From an uncultured Methanosarcinales archaeon (GTDB taxonomy: Archaea; Halobacteriota; Methanosarcinia; Methanosarcinales; Methanosarcinaceae): a stretch of 64,000 nucleotides of DNA. Below are positions 42,426 to 52,398 of the stretch, piece by piece. The translations under genes were made by a program, and so were the position numbers. Position 1 is the first letter of the stretch, and the number at the start of each line of letters is the position of its first letter. The notes beneath the pieces are model-generated. The model did no database searches. It was given only the letters and a program-made list of their open reading frames with translations, and had not been told where the DNA came from. Where the stretch lies: NCBI GenBank assembly GCA_964492225.1, contig CAZBJM010000001.1:30599-94598 (forward strand), read 5' to 3'.

Positions 42426-42794
42426 GTGAACCTTATATCGGGAAGGACGGCAAAACAGGGTGCAAACCTAGAAGCTAAGACATACCGATCATATTTTGAA
42501 GCCTGCAGTTACTGTGAGCTTAGATCAAAGGACCTTGATGTACTGGGAGCAATGGAGGGAGATAGCCTGAAGGTCACAACGGATTTTGGGGAAGTCGTTG
42601 TATCTGCAAAGGTCAATGAGGGTAATCCCGAAGGACTCGCTTTCATTCCAATGGGTCCTTGGGCCAATGCAGTATTGAACCCAGATACCCACGGTTGCGG
42701 GATGCCTGGTTTTAAAGGTGTGCTAGCGGAGGTAGAGATCACTGCCGAAAGACCCCTGGATATGAGATCTCTAATGAAGAAATATTTGGAATGA
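42426..42794 (+). CDS. fwdD: formylmethanofuran dehydrogenase subunit D
   Basis: 122 aa molybdopterin dinucleotide-binding barrel. GTG start. First gene of a D-B-A-C order. Mo versus W type cannot be told from sequence. Confidence 0.82.
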   Translation: MNLISGRTAKQGANLEAKTYRSYFEACSYCELRSKDLDVLGAMEGDSLKVTTDFGEVVVSAKVNEGNPEGLAFIPMGPWANAVLNPDTHGCGMPGFKGVLAEVEITAERPLDMRSLMKKYLE

Positions 42795-42800
42795 AAAAAC

Positions 42801-44123
42801 ATGCAAGAAATTAAAGATGTGGTTTGTTCCTTATGTGGGTGCCTTTGTGATGATATTACGGTCTGTGTAGAGGAAAATAAGATATGTGATGTAAAAAATG
42901 CATGTATCCTTGGACAGAGCAAGTTTGTTGGATTATTTGAGCACGACAGAATAGAATTTCCTATGGTCAGAAAGAACGGAGAACTTGTTCCTGTCCCTTA
43001 TGAGGAAGCTATTGAAGCAGCCGCAAAGATCCTGTCAGGTTCCCGTAGGGCTCTTTTTTACGGGTGGTGTTCAACTTCATGCGAAGCCATCAGCGCTGCA
43101 ATACAGCTTGCAGAAGAAACGGGTTCTGTCATAGATTCTACAGCAAACGTGTGCCATGGACCATCTGCCCTTGCAGCCCAAGAAAAAGGCTCTCCTTCTG
43201 CATCTTTGGGTGAGATAAAAAATAGGGCGGATGTTGTTGTATTCTGGGGTTGCAACCCCATGCATGCCCACCCCAGGCATATGAGTCGCTACTCAAGTTT
43301 CTCAAAGGGCTTCTTTACTGAAAGAGGCAGGGATGACAGGACAATGGTAGTTGTCGATGTCAGAAAGACCGATACAGCAAAAATGGCAGATGCATATGTG
43401 GAGATAGAGCAGGGTGCGGATCTGCTCCTTGTAACTGCTCTGCGTTCTGTGATAAACGGACATGGGGATATAGTACCCACGACAGTGGCCGGTATTCCTA
43501 AGGCCCAGGTCTTTGAAGTTGCAAAGGTACTCAAGAACGCAAAATTCGTATGTATCTTTTTTGGAATGGGAGTCACACAATCAAGGTCCAAGTACAAGAA
43601 TGGCGATGCTGTATCATCCCTTGTTTCTGACCTTAACCAACACACAAAGGCCGTTATGATTGGAATGCGTGGCCATTATAATGTTACAGGTTTTGGACAG
43701 GTGGCTACATGGGAAACAGGATTCCCAATGGCTATTGACTTTTCCAAAGGATATCCCTATTACAATCCCGGTGAAACAGGAGCAAACGACCTGCTTATAC
43801 GCGAAGAGCCAGATGCTGCTATCATAGCTGCAGCAGACCCTGGAGCACACTTCCCTCAAAAAGCGGTCAGACATCTTGCAAGGATCCCTTTGGTCCAGAT
43901 AGATCCCTATGCAAATCCTACTACCGAGCTTGCAGATGTGGTGATCCCATCAGCAATAGTAGGAATTGAAGCGGAAGGAACAGCCTACCGTATGGATGTA
44001 GTTTCCCTGCGTATGAAAAAACTGATTGACACGAGTTTCAAGACCGATGAAGAGATTGTAAAGGACCTGACGCAAAAAGTAAGAGAGTTAAAGGGAGGAA
44101 GAGTGGAATGTCAGAGATCCTGA
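42801..44123 (+). CDS. fwdB: formylmethanofuran dehydrogenase subunit B
   Basis: CSLCGCLCDD motif and a molybdopterin oxidoreductase fold. 440 aa. Confidence 0.88.
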   Translation: MQEIKDVVCSLCGCLCDDITVCVEENKICDVKNACILGQSKFVGLFEHDRIEFPMVRKNGELVPVPYEEAIEAAAKILSGSRRALFYGWCSTSCEAISAAIQLAEETGSVIDSTANVCHGPSALAAQEKGSPSASLGEIKNRADVVVFWGCNPMHAHPRHMSRYSSFSKGFFTERGRDDRTMVVVDVRKTDTAKMADAYVEIEQGADLLLVTALRSVINGHGDIVPTTVAGIPKAQVFEVAKVLKNAKFVCIFFGMGVTQSRSKYKNGDAVSSLVSDLNQHTKAVMIGMRGHYNVTGFGQVATWETGFPMAIDFSKGYPYYNPGETGANDLLIREEPDAAIIAAADPGAHFPQKAVRHLARIPLVQIDPYANPTTELADVVIPSAIVGIEAEGTAYRMDVVSLRMKKLIDTSFKTDEEIVKDLTQKVRELKGGRVECQRS

Positions 44124-45823
44124 TCAAAAACGCCAGTGTATGTGACCCAATTCAAGGGATAGACTGCGAGAAGATGGATATTTGCATAAAGGATGGGAAA
44201 ATTGTGGAAACGGTGTCCTCTTATGCAACTCAGATAGATGCAGGTGGCAGGCTCACGATGGCAGGAGCTATAGATGGACATACTCACAGTGCTGGTAAGA
44301 TCAATGCTGGACGATTTATGAACCCAAATGATGCCAGGATTAATCTCGTGCAGGGTCTTTCAGGTCCGGAGGCCCGTACAGATAGAACAAGGGCTCAGGT
44401 CGGCTACAACACACCAAATACATACGCAATTGGTTACAGGTACGCCAAATTGGGTTATACCACTATATGTGAAGCTGCGATGCCACCCCTTACAGCACGA
44501 CATACCCATGAAGAGTTCAAGGAGATACCTATTTTAGATAAAATGGGCCTTACTCTTTTTGGAAGTAACTGGCAGGTAATGGAATATATCCGGGATAAAG
44601 AGCCAGAGAAACTTGCAGCCTATGTAGCTTGGGCCCTTAAGGCCTCAAGAGGTTATGGTATAAAGATAGTAAATGCAGGTGGTGGAGAAGCTTGGGGATG
44701 GGGTAGGAATGTCAGTGGACTTTACGACCATGTTCCATACTTTGATGTGACCCCGGCAGAGATACTGCAAGGTCTTGGAGAAGTAAATGAAAAGCTGGGT
44801 CTGCCCCATTCAGTACATGTTCACTGCAACAACCTTGGTCACCCTGGAAACTACAAGACCACTATTGAGAGCATGAAGCTATTTGAAAGGATAAGGACCA
44901 GACGTAACAGACAAAACCTGCATGTGACCCATGTCCAATTCAATGCTTATGCAGGTACTTCCTGGCGTGACTTTGAAACTGGTGCGCCTATGGTTGCTGA
45001 TTACATAAATAGTGTTGATCACCTTACTTTTGACCTAGGACAGCTTATTTTTGGTCCAGCTGTTACCATGACAGCCGACGGACCTGTGGAATATGCAAAC
45101 TCTAGGATGCTAAAGGAAAAGTGGAGTAACCAGGATGTGGAGCTGGAAGATGCATCCGGGGTGGTACCACTTAACTATTCCCCAAAGAGCTTTGTAAATG
45201 CTGTTCAGTGGGCGATAGGGCTTGAGCTCGGTCTGCTTGTAAAGGATCCATGGAAGGTCATGTTTGCAACCGATAGCCCAAACGGCGGGTCCTTTGTAAA
45301 CTATCCAGAGGCCTATACCTATCTTATGAGTGAAAAGAAGAGACAGCAAGTCATGTCGAGCTTTCCAGAGACCGCTTTTTCAAGAATGGTCCTTCCTGGT
45401 ATTGACAGAGAACTGAGCTTTTATGAGCTCGCAATTACAACAAGAAGTATTCAATCAAGGATGTATAGCAGACCTGAAAAAGGAAACCTTGCAGTTGGTG
45501 CAGATGCAGACATTGCCATATATGATATAAAACCCGATTCGATCGATCCTTCCATTGAGCATGAAAAGCTAAAAAAGGCATTCAGTGCTGCCACTTATAC
45601 CTTCAAGGATGGAAATGTAGTTGTCAAGGATGGGAACATCGAATCCACTCCCAAGGGCAGGACCTATTGGGTGAACGCAAAGGTTCCGGAAGATATCGAA
45701 AAAGCGATGCATGAGGACATTGACATCAAGTTCAGGAAATACTATACCGTGAGCAAATCCAACTATATGGTAGAGGATGTATATGTTCCCAGATCGGTCG
45801 AGGTAGAAGCGGGGTGGTCCTGA
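44108..45823 (+). CDS. fwdA: formylmethanofuran dehydrogenase subunit A (amidohydrolase)
   Basis: 571 aa amidohydrolase-fold protein (AIDGHTHS metal motif). Overlaps the fwdB end by 16 nt. Confidence 0.88.
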   Translation: MSEILIKNASVCDPIQGIDCEKMDICIKDGKIVETVSSYATQIDAGGRLTMAGAIDGHTHSAGKINAGRFMNPNDARINLVQGLSGPEARTDRTRAQVGYNTPNTYAIGYRYAKLGYTTICEAAMPPLTARHTHEEFKEIPILDKMGLTLFGSNWQVMEYIRDKEPEKLAAYVAWALKASRGYGIKIVNAGGGEAWGWGRNVSGLYDHVPYFDVTPAEILQGLGEVNEKLGLPHSVHVHCNNLGHPGNYKTTIESMKLFERIRTRRNRQNLHVTHVQFNAYAGTSWRDFETGAPMVADYINSVDHLTFDLGQLIFGPAVTMTADGPVEYANSRMLKEKWSNQDVELEDASGVVPLNYSPKSFVNAVQWAIGLELGLLVKDPWKVMFATDSPNGGSFVNYPEAYTYLMSEKKRQQVMSSFPETAFSRMVLPGIDRELSFYELAITTRSIQSRMYSRPEKGNLAVGADADIAIYDIKPDSIDPSIEHEKLKKAFSAATYTFKDGNVVVKDGNIESTPKGRTYWVNAKVPEDIEKAMHEDIDIKFRKYYTVSKSNYMVEDVYVPRSVEVEAGWS

Positions 45824-45824
45824 T

Positions 45825-46589
45825 ATGCAGATAATTACAATGTCCTTGAAAACACAGAACAAGATCCCTATAGAAGCTACTTCTATAAGTCCGGATAAAT
45901 TTGCCGGAAAGACCAATGATGCTATCAGAGCAATGCTACTGTGGTATGGGAATGAGCAATGTCCAATTGGGGACCTATTCAATGTAGATGTTGAAGGTAA
46001 CGATAGTGCTGAGAATACACGCATTGTGATCAATGGTGATGTTTCAAGGGTAAAACGCATTGGTCAGGATATGAGCTCAGGTGAGATAATGATCAATGGG
46101 AATGTAGACATGCATTGCGGTTCAAATATGAAAGGTGGAAGGATCGTGATAAACGGGAATGCAGATAGCTGGCTTGGTTGTGAGATGAAGGGTGGAGAGA
46201 TCATACTTAATGGAAATGGCGGCTACTATGTAGGAGGAGGATATCGCGGAGAAAGCTGTGGTATGAAGGGGGGTAGGATCATTGTAAATGGGAATGTTTT
46301 GGACTATCTAGGAGAGCACATGTGTGGAGGGGAGATCCATGTGACAGGTAATGCCGGTTTGCTTCCTGCTATCGCAAATAATGGAGGTACCATAACCATT
46401 GAAGGTGACACCGAAATGCCAGCAAGTGATATGAAAAAGGGCACTGTTATCATTAGAGGAGAGGTAAGGGATCTGTTACCATCCTATCGAATGGACGGAA
46501 GTGAAGAAATTGACGGAGCTATCTATCGTCGGTTCATAGGAGATGTCAATATAGGCGGAAAAGGTGTCCTTCTAATAAAGGAAGTATAA
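45825..46589 (+). CDS. fwdC: formylmethanofuran dehydrogenase subunit C
   Basis: Repeated GG-I-ING-N beta-helix motif (GGRIVINGNA, GGEIILNGNG, GGRIIVNGNV). Confidence 0.88.
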   Translation: MQIITMSLKTQNKIPIEATSISPDKFAGKTNDAIRAMLLWYGNEQCPIGDLFNVDVEGNDSAENTRIVINGDVSRVKRIGQDMSSGEIMINGNVDMHCGSNMKGGRIVINGNADSWLGCEMKGGEIILNGNGGYYVGGGYRGESCGMKGGRIIVNGNVLDYLGEHMCGGEIHVTGNAGLLPAIANNGGTITIEGDTEMPASDMKKGTVIIRGEVRDLLPSYRMDGSEEIDGAIYRRFIGDVNIGGKGVLLIKEV

Positions 46590-46612
46590 GTTGAAGTGTA
46601 ATAGCTGGGTCA

Positions 46613-47836
46613 GTGCACCAAAATATTCAAAGGGAAATGTGCATGGATATGACATTGAATAAGAGATGTTCTATTGATGATGCTTTGAGATATTTTCTCA
46701 AGCATGTGCATCCTTTGATGAGGACAGAAGATATCCCACTTGAATTTTGTACGGATAGGGTAGTTGCAGAAAAAGTATCATCGAAAAGGGATGTACTCCA
46801 CTACCGGCGTGCTGCAATGGATGGTTATGCTGTATATGCGTCTGACACCGCAGGTGCTTCCCCGGATAGTCCTGTCTATTTGTACCTTTCAGATATGGTT
46901 TCTGTAGGACGTGTTGTTTGGGTACATACAGGAGACATAATGCCTACAGAGGCTGATGCTGTTGTTGTTGTAGAGGATACGGAGAGGGTTGGTGATATTA
47001 TCGAAGTATGCTCCCATGTGCATCCTGGTAAGAACGTGGCAGAAGTGGGAGAAGACATAAAAGAGGGGGACATGATATTTGAAAAGGGCCATCTTTTGCG
47101 TCCATGTGATGCAGCTGTGCTTGCTTCTATGGGACTAAATGTAGTTAATGTGTTTCAAAGACCAGTCATTGCAATAATCCCAACCGGAGATGAGTTGGTC
47201 AGCCGCGAAAAAGCAGGAGAGGTCCCTCCACCTGGGATGGTTCTTGAGACCAATGGACTGATGACCGCTCTCTATATAAGGAAATGGGGTGGGATCCCCC
47301 GATATAACCAGATAGTGCCCGATGAACCGGACTGTATTAAAAAGGCAATAGAGGCAAACCTTGATGCTGACATGATAATCCTTTCAGGAGGAACATCCGT
47401 TGGAAAAAGGGATCATGTACCGGATGTGGTGACATCGTTGGGAGAATTGCTTGTGCATGGTATCAAAGTAAGTCCAGGAAAACCTACTGCCCTTGGTATT
47501 GTAGATCAGAGACCTGTAGTTTGCCTCCCAGGTTATCCAGTAGCTGGATTTGTTGCTCTTTACTTTTTGGTCCGCCCCCTGATCAGGAGACTGGCATCCA
47601 TCAATTGCTCATCAATACCTATAGTAAAAAGGCCTCTGGCAACGAGGATTACCTCAAAGAAGGGGAATGCGAATTTCATTTGTGTTGCCTTCGATGGGAA
47701 AAAAGTGCATCCTTTTACAGGTGCAAAGGCTGGTTCCCTGAGCGTGGTTGCAAAGGCTGATGGTTTTTTTCTTGTACCTGAAAATGTGGAAGAGTATGAT
47801 GAGGGAGAAGAAGTGGATGTATTCTTGCTTGAATGA
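46613..47836 (+). CDS. moeA: molybdopterin molybdotransferase
   Basis: MoeA domains with [16 protein letters not shown]. The start is uncertain: GTG 46613, or ATG at 46637, 46643 or 46649. Confidence 0.85.
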   Translation: MHQNIQREMCMDMTLNKRCSIDDALRYFLKHVHPLMRTEDIPLEFCTDRVVAEKVSSKRDVLHYRRAAMDGYAVYASDTAGASPDSPVYLYLSDMVSVGRVVWVHTGDIMPTEADAVVVVEDTERVGDIIEVCSHVHPGKNVAEVGEDIKEGDMIFEKGHLLRPCDAAVLASMGLNVVNVFQRPVIAIIPTGDELVSREKAGEVPPPGMVLETNGLMTALYIRKWGGIPRYNQIVPDEPDCIKKAIEANLDADMIILSGGTSVGKRDHVPDVVTSLGELLVHGIKVSPGKPTALGIVDQRPVVCLPGYPVAGFVALYFLVRPLIRRLASINCSSIPIVKRPLATRITSKKGNANFICVAFDGKKVHPFTGAKAGSLSVVAKADGFFLVPENVEEYDEGEEVDVFLLE

Positions 47837-47956
47837 TGTTTTGGGGAAAATATTCCAAGATGATTCGATTTGTTAAATGTCACAAAGATAGACACCCTGT
47901 TTAAAAAATAGGGTTTCCAGCCCTGTCCATAGAAGGACCAGGGCTACAACTCAAGC

Positions 47957-48538
47957 TCAAAGGGAACCATTGTCCGACCGAAGCACTGCATCCATGAACC
48001 TCTTGAGTATATCCACCGGACATATGCCTACATTGGGCAGGTCAACATTTCCAGGGGCCACTTTTACAACGATCACACCATAGTGAACACTTTCAATGAG
48101 TAAAATGAATTGCTCAAGGTCATTGGCCTCATACACTGCCCTGTTCCCAGCTCCTTTTGCTATCTGCGCAAGATCACTGCAATTGGCTGTTGCAGTGCTC
48201 TGATCACCAGTGGAACCATAGGAACCATTGTCGATGACCACAAGAAGGAGATTATCCGGAGAACGTGTGGCTATGCTTGCCAGACTGCCCAGATTCATGA
48301 GCATTGAACCATCACCTTCAATGACCATGACATCCCTATCTGGCTTAGAAAGCGCAAGACCAAAGCCTATTGATGATGCAAGTCCCATAGAGCCAAGCAT
48401 ATAGAAATTACCTGGGGCGTCGTACATACTATATAGTTCCTTGCATGGTATGCCTATATTACAGATAAGAAATGCACCAGTCTGCTTTGCCCTTTCAGCA
48501 ATTACCCGGATGGCATCGATCCGCCGCATGTCTGTCAT
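47957..48538 (-). CDS. comE: sulfopyruvate decarboxylase beta subunit
   Basis: TPP-binding motif IEGDGSMLMNLGSL. ATG 48538 shares one base with the comD stop. Confidence 0.85.
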   Translation of the reverse strand: MTDMRRIDAIRVIAERAKQTGAFLICNIGIPCKELYSMYDAPGNFYMLGSMGLASSIGFGLALSKPDRDVMVIEGDGSMLMNLGSLASIATRSPDNLLLVVIDNGSYGSTGDQSTATANCSDLAQIAKGAGNRAVYEANDLEQFILLIESVHYGVIVVKVAPGNVDLPNVGICPVDILKRFMDAVLRSDNGSL

Positions 48539-49059
48539 CAACTCCTCCAGAAAACTATAGGCAAAAGCACAGCAACCGGCTTTTTTTCAAGTTCTGCCCT
48601 TTTCCATGCCTGACAGATGTGTTCGCAAGCCTTATCTTTATTGACAATGATGGAATATGGGATGCTAAGAACATCCAGAAGACCGGGGGTTAGCTCTCCC
48701 ATTGGGACCTGGGCACAAATGGATTCACCTTCCACTCCTCTGTGACTGATGATCATTAAAAGTGGTATCCCATATAGAATGTTCAATGAAGCAAGGGCAT
48801 TTATCGAATTTCCAAGACCAGAGTTCTGCATGAGCATTGCCGGTCTTTTGCCCCCCATATAAGCTCCTGCACATATTCCCACCCCTTCCTCTTCACGGGT
48901 CACCGGTACATGGATGATGGTCGGGTCCTGGGCAACAAGTGGAATGAGCTCCTTTAGATTTATGCAAGGCACGCTGACAATAAGATCGATGCCTGCATTC
49001 CTTATACCTTGGTACACTGCTTTTGTTGGTGTGACCGTGTCTATCATTATATTCACCAT
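48538..49059 (-). CDS. comD: sulfopyruvate decarboxylase alpha subunit
   Basis: 173 aa TPP-enzyme N-terminal (pyrimidine-binding) domain, immediately upstream of comE. Confidence 0.85.
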   Translation of the reverse strand: MVNIMIDTVTPTKAVYQGIRNAGIDLIVSVPCINLKELIPLVAQDPTIIHVPVTREEEGVGICAGAYMGGKRPAMLMQNSGLGNSINALASLNILYGIPLLMIISHRGVEGESICAQVPMGELTPGLLDVLSIPYSIIVNKDKACEHICQAWKRAELEKKPVAVLLPIVFWRS

Positions 49060-49718
49060 ACCTTGAGGTCTATGGCCTCGATACGCACGTCTTTCCCCTC
49101 TGAGCTAACAAGCACTCCCGAGTGTACCTTCTGCATCATACAATACTCAGGAATGAACTTGACCGTCTGCCCTATCTTTGGCAACTTCCCCCGGGAAATT
49201 TTGCCTTCAAAGGCCAGTATCATGCATAGACCTAACTCTTTGAATGTGATACCCTCAACGCCCAAGCGATGTATAGGGCCTACAATGTGTATCGTATAGA
49301 TACCTGCAGCCAAGTCTATCACCCTGCCAAAATGTGTAATTGGGCAAGCAAGTGGTCTGTAGCGGACCAGGTCCCCTATCTGTGCACTGGCATTTGCATC
49401 AAAGGGGTGGATGAGCTCCCTGCAAGAGCATTCACCCTTCAGGGGAGCAAGTACAAGATCCGCATCGACATTATCGATCACTCCTGTTATCCTTTCCTCT
49501 GTACATGGGGCAGTGCTTAGAAGCAAGGATAGACGTTCTCTCTTTTCTGCGAAAATGTCCCTTGAGAGAAAAGGACACTTAACAAGGTCCTCGGGGTCTT
49601 TTATTTGTGCCGCAAAATCCCTACATTGTCTGAAACCACAGCTACCGCAATTATATCCCGGAAGGAGAGTATGCAGATCGAAGCTCACATCACTCACCCC
49701 TGTACTCCATAAAACCAT
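49053..49718 (-). CDS. uncharacterised protein with RnfB/CdhE-type N-terminal Fe-S motif
   Basis: [19 protein letters not shown] resembles LLPKTNCKECGKSTCMVFA of ORF 35173-35634. ~220 aa. Start is ATG 49718 or GTG 49697; both overlap the upstream gene, and the stop overlaps the comD start. Confidence 0.6.
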   Translation of the reverse strand: MVLWSTGVSDVSFDLHTLLPGYNCGSCGFRQCRDFAAQIKDPEDLVKCPFLSRDIFAEKRERLSLLLSTAPCTEERITGVIDNVDADLVLAPLKGECSCRELIHPFDANASAQIGDLVRYRPLACPITHFGRVIDLAAGIYTIHIVGPIHRLGVEGITFKELGLCMILAFEGKISRGKLPKIGQTVKFIPEYCMMQKVHSGVLVSSEGKDVRIEAIDLKVW

Positions 49719-50388
49719 CAAGCTGTCTGAGCACACCCATGTGATGCTTGCGGGATACACGGCTTTCTCCAGTGCACAGGGTGCATATAGCAAGTGGAGG
49801 GTTATAGCGCAAGACCATATTATCGGATACATCGGGACCTTTCATGACCAGATCAGCAAGTTCAAAGCTACCTTTTCCAGTAAGACCATTTGCCTCTACA
49901 ATGGTGCATTCCGTGTTGACATCAAGGACTCGTTCCCTGAACACCTCTCTTTCTGCCTGGGACACAAGGTCACCCTTTGTCATAACGACAATATCGGCTG
50001 TCGTAAGCAAAGGTCCTACTTTCAAAGGCGTGTTGGGACCCGTTGTGACATCGATGACACAAATGGCAAGACAATCGTTGGGATATGGAGCACAACGCAA
50101 GCAAAGTCCTGCTGTTTCATTGAGCACTATGTCAGCACCATGTTCAAGGCCCCAACTTAACATACTATCGGTATTGTAGATCGTGAAATGGTCTGGGCAC
50201 ATGTCTTTTGCAAGTCCTACATGTACTGGTATATCGAGTTTGCGGAAGCGCTGGTCGTCATCTGTCCAAAGGCAATCTACTTTGACCACAGCAGGTTTCT
50301 TTCCATCTCTTATGAGGGCCTTTATAGTATGCATCAGCACCGAGGTCTTGCCAGAACCGGGGGTGCCTGCAAGTATTACCAGTTTCAT
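49690..50388 (-). CDS. G3E-family (HypB/UreG/CobW-like) P-loop NTPase
   Basis: Walker A GTPGSGKTS, LNETAGL switch region, TKGD (NKxD-like). ATG 50388 forms an ATGA overlap with the upstream stop. Confidence 0.65.
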   Translation of the reverse strand: MKLVILAGTPGSGKTSVLMHTIKALIRDGKKPAVVKVDCLWTDDDQRFRKLDIPVHVGLAKDMCPDHFTIYNTDSMLSWGLEHGADIVLNETAGLCLRCAPYPNDCLAICVIDVTTGPNTPLKVGPLLTTADIVVMTKGDLVSQAEREVFRERVLDVNTECTIVEANGLTGKGSFELADLVMKGPDVSDNMVLRYNPPLAICTLCTGESRVSRKHHMGVLRQLDGFMEYRGE

Positions 50389-51149
50389 GCCAGCTTCTCG
50401 ATGGTCTCTCCCTTGCGGATACTTTCCCTTAGGGATAATAGCCATTCATCTGCCTGGACGATGCGCTCATATACGACCTTCTCCTCAATACTTGTCGTGA
50501 TGATATCTACCATTGCCCCGTTGCGTATAACAACTCGGCGGGATGCCATTAGGGCCAGGACTGGATCATGGGTGACAACAATGACTATCTTCCCCTCTCC
50601 CGTAAGTAAATTGAGGGCCTCCTGTTTCTTGATACCTGCATTCTCTATCTCATCAATGAGCACCACTGGTGAATCACTTATGACTGCTATATCTGCGGTC
50701 ATCAGGGAACGGGACTGTCCTCCGCTTAGCACTGTAAGAGCTTGCTGTGGATAGATGGGCTCCCCTGTGAGGGTGTTGGCAAGTGCTATGACCCTTTCCA
50801 CAAGATCTGGCCCTTTTCCTCTGCTACGAGCGTGCATTTGTAGGAAATCCATAACGGTCATGTCTGCAAGAAAATGCATCTTCTGGGATAGCTGGGCCAC
50901 AAGTTTCCTTCGTGGATCTGCCCTGATGGATGCATCCGGGATCTTTCCATTGATAAGTATGCATCTGCCTGTGGGAGTATCACCTCTGGCAAGCTGTTCT
51001 ATATCGTCGATGAGAGTGCTTTTGCCTGAACCGGTTGGTCCAACTATCCCTATTATCTCACCTGTGCTTATGTTCAGATAGGGTACAGGTTCAGCTATCC
51101 CATCCTTATCCACACCACCCAATATGGTCAGTGTCATTACATTCTTCAT
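50385..51149 (-). CDS. stand-alone ABC-type ATPase (no permease partner nearby)
   Basis: Walker A GPTGSGKS, signature LSGGQ, Walker B VVLIDE. ATG 51149 lies 1 nt after the upstream stop (TGA 51153-51151). Confidence 0.8.
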   Translation of the reverse strand: MKNVMTLTILGGVDKDGIAEPVPYLNISTGEIIGIVGPTGSGKSTLIDDIEQLARGDTPTGRCILINGKIPDASIRADPRRKLVAQLSQKMHFLADMTVMDFLQMHARSRGKGPDLVERVIALANTLTGEPIYPQQALTVLSGGQSRSLMTADIAVISDSPVVLIDEIENAGIKKQEALNLLTGEGKIVIVVTHDPVLALMASRRVVIRNGAMVDIITTSIEEKVVYERIVQADEWLLSLRESIRKGETIEKLA

Positions 51150-51150
51150 A

Positions 51151-52398
51151 TCATACACCAAACCTTCTATGGACCATTGCTATTATTTCAGCCTCAGCAT
51201 CCTTATCTTTACCAGATACATGTAGATCTGGAATAATAGGCCACACAGGCATATCCTGCCTCAGCTTCTTCTGGCCACCGCCGGTTATGTTCAGGACTAT
51301 GCGTTCATCTGCTGACACACTCCCATCCTCTACTGCCTTTATCAATGCTGCAATGGCCACCGCTGCTGCTGGATCGAGATCGATCTCTTCTTGCTCTTCA
51401 AATAGGGAACGGGCCCTTGAGGCTTCTTCATTGCTCATTGCATACATAGTGCCCCTTGTAGCCACAAGCGCATCCCGTACACCGCCTTGTATCGTATATG
51501 GAGCTTTGCGGTTGAACAGCACGTCATCGTACATCCCTTGTGGACATGATGATGCAAAAGTATCGGTCCCATGCCAGAGGGAGTAAAGAGGAGCACAGGG
51601 AAGGTTCTGTGCCAGATGGAGACGTGGAAGCTTAGACCCGAACCTAGTATCGGCAATGAGTCTTATTGAAGCTTCCCATGCGGATATTCCTCCAGTGCCA
51701 CTCCCCACTGCTTGGAAATAGTGATCAGGAAGTGAGCCTGAACTAAGTACGGCATCCAGCATCACCGTAGCCATACCATCCCTTCTGGCAACATTACGTG
51801 CCCCTCCTTCGTTTACAAACCCAATGCCAGATGCGATCTTTCCAGCAAGGGTAATGGTATCGGTATAATCACCATCCACTGTCACAAGACAAACAGATGG
51901 CCGATTGGGTAAAATGGTCCATAGACGATGCACGCTTTCCGCAGGGACCATGAGCAACAATGGCTGACCTGTGATACTGCATACATGGGCAAAGGCCCTT
52001 GCTGTATTACCAGCGGATGCTACGACCATTATCCTATCATCGTTCTGCTCTTTCAGACACTGCATTGTAGGGAAGGATTCCAGGTCCTTGAAGGTGCAGG
52101 TCATCAAAAATGCATTCCTTCGGGGCCAATATCCATTAAAGGCGACCCATAGGTCATTTAGTCCCAACTGTGAAGCAAATGCCTCACTTTTGTAGGTAAC
52201 CGTTCTTCCTGACCCTTCAATGATACCACTGACAGGCAACCAGTTCTTATATCTCCATATTCCAGGTAGGTCCGTAGGCTCAAGCTGCACCGATGGATAA
52301 TCAGTGGCCAGAAGTGCATCATGACCCATCCTGCAATTTAAAGAGAATGGACCGTGGATCTCTCCACAGTGCAAACACCTGATACTATATTGAGTCAT
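51151..52398 (-). CDS. cysteate synthase-like PLP enzyme (threonine synthase homologue)
   Basis: Threonine-synthase fold with an N-terminal CLHCGE zinc-ribbon-like motif, TFKDLE lysine region and GGARNVARRDGM..PDHYFQAVGSGTGGISAWEAS. The operon link to comDE favours cysteate synthase over threonine synthase. Confidence 0.72.
   Translation of the reverse strand: MTQYSIRCLHCGEIHGPFSLNCRMGHDALLATDYPSVQLEPTDLPGIWRYKNWLPVSGIIEGSGRTVTYKSEAFASQLGLNDLWVAFNGYWPRRNAFLMTCTFKDLESFPTMQCLKEQNDDRIMVVASAGNTARAFAHVCSITGQPLLLMVPAESVHRLWTILPNRPSVCLVTVDGDYTDTITLAGKIASGIGFVNEGGARNVARRDGMATVMLDAVLSSGSLPDHYFQAVGSGTGGISAWEASIRLIADTRFGSKLPRLHLAQNLPCAPLYSLWHGTDTFASSCPQGMYDDVLFNRKAPYTIQGGVRDALVATRGTMYAMSNEEASRARSLFEEQEEIDLDPAAAVAIAALIKAVEDGSVSADERIVLNITGGGQKKLRQDMPVWPIIPDLHVSGKDKDAEAEIIAMVHRRFGV

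Noticed and set aside
33868-44123. Possible selenocysteine or pyrrolysine recoding in FwdB paralogues, HdrA or other redox enzymes
   Set aside because: All these ORFs are uninterrupted and of normal length, with Cys at the expected motif positions. No in-frame TGA or TAG needs to be read through.
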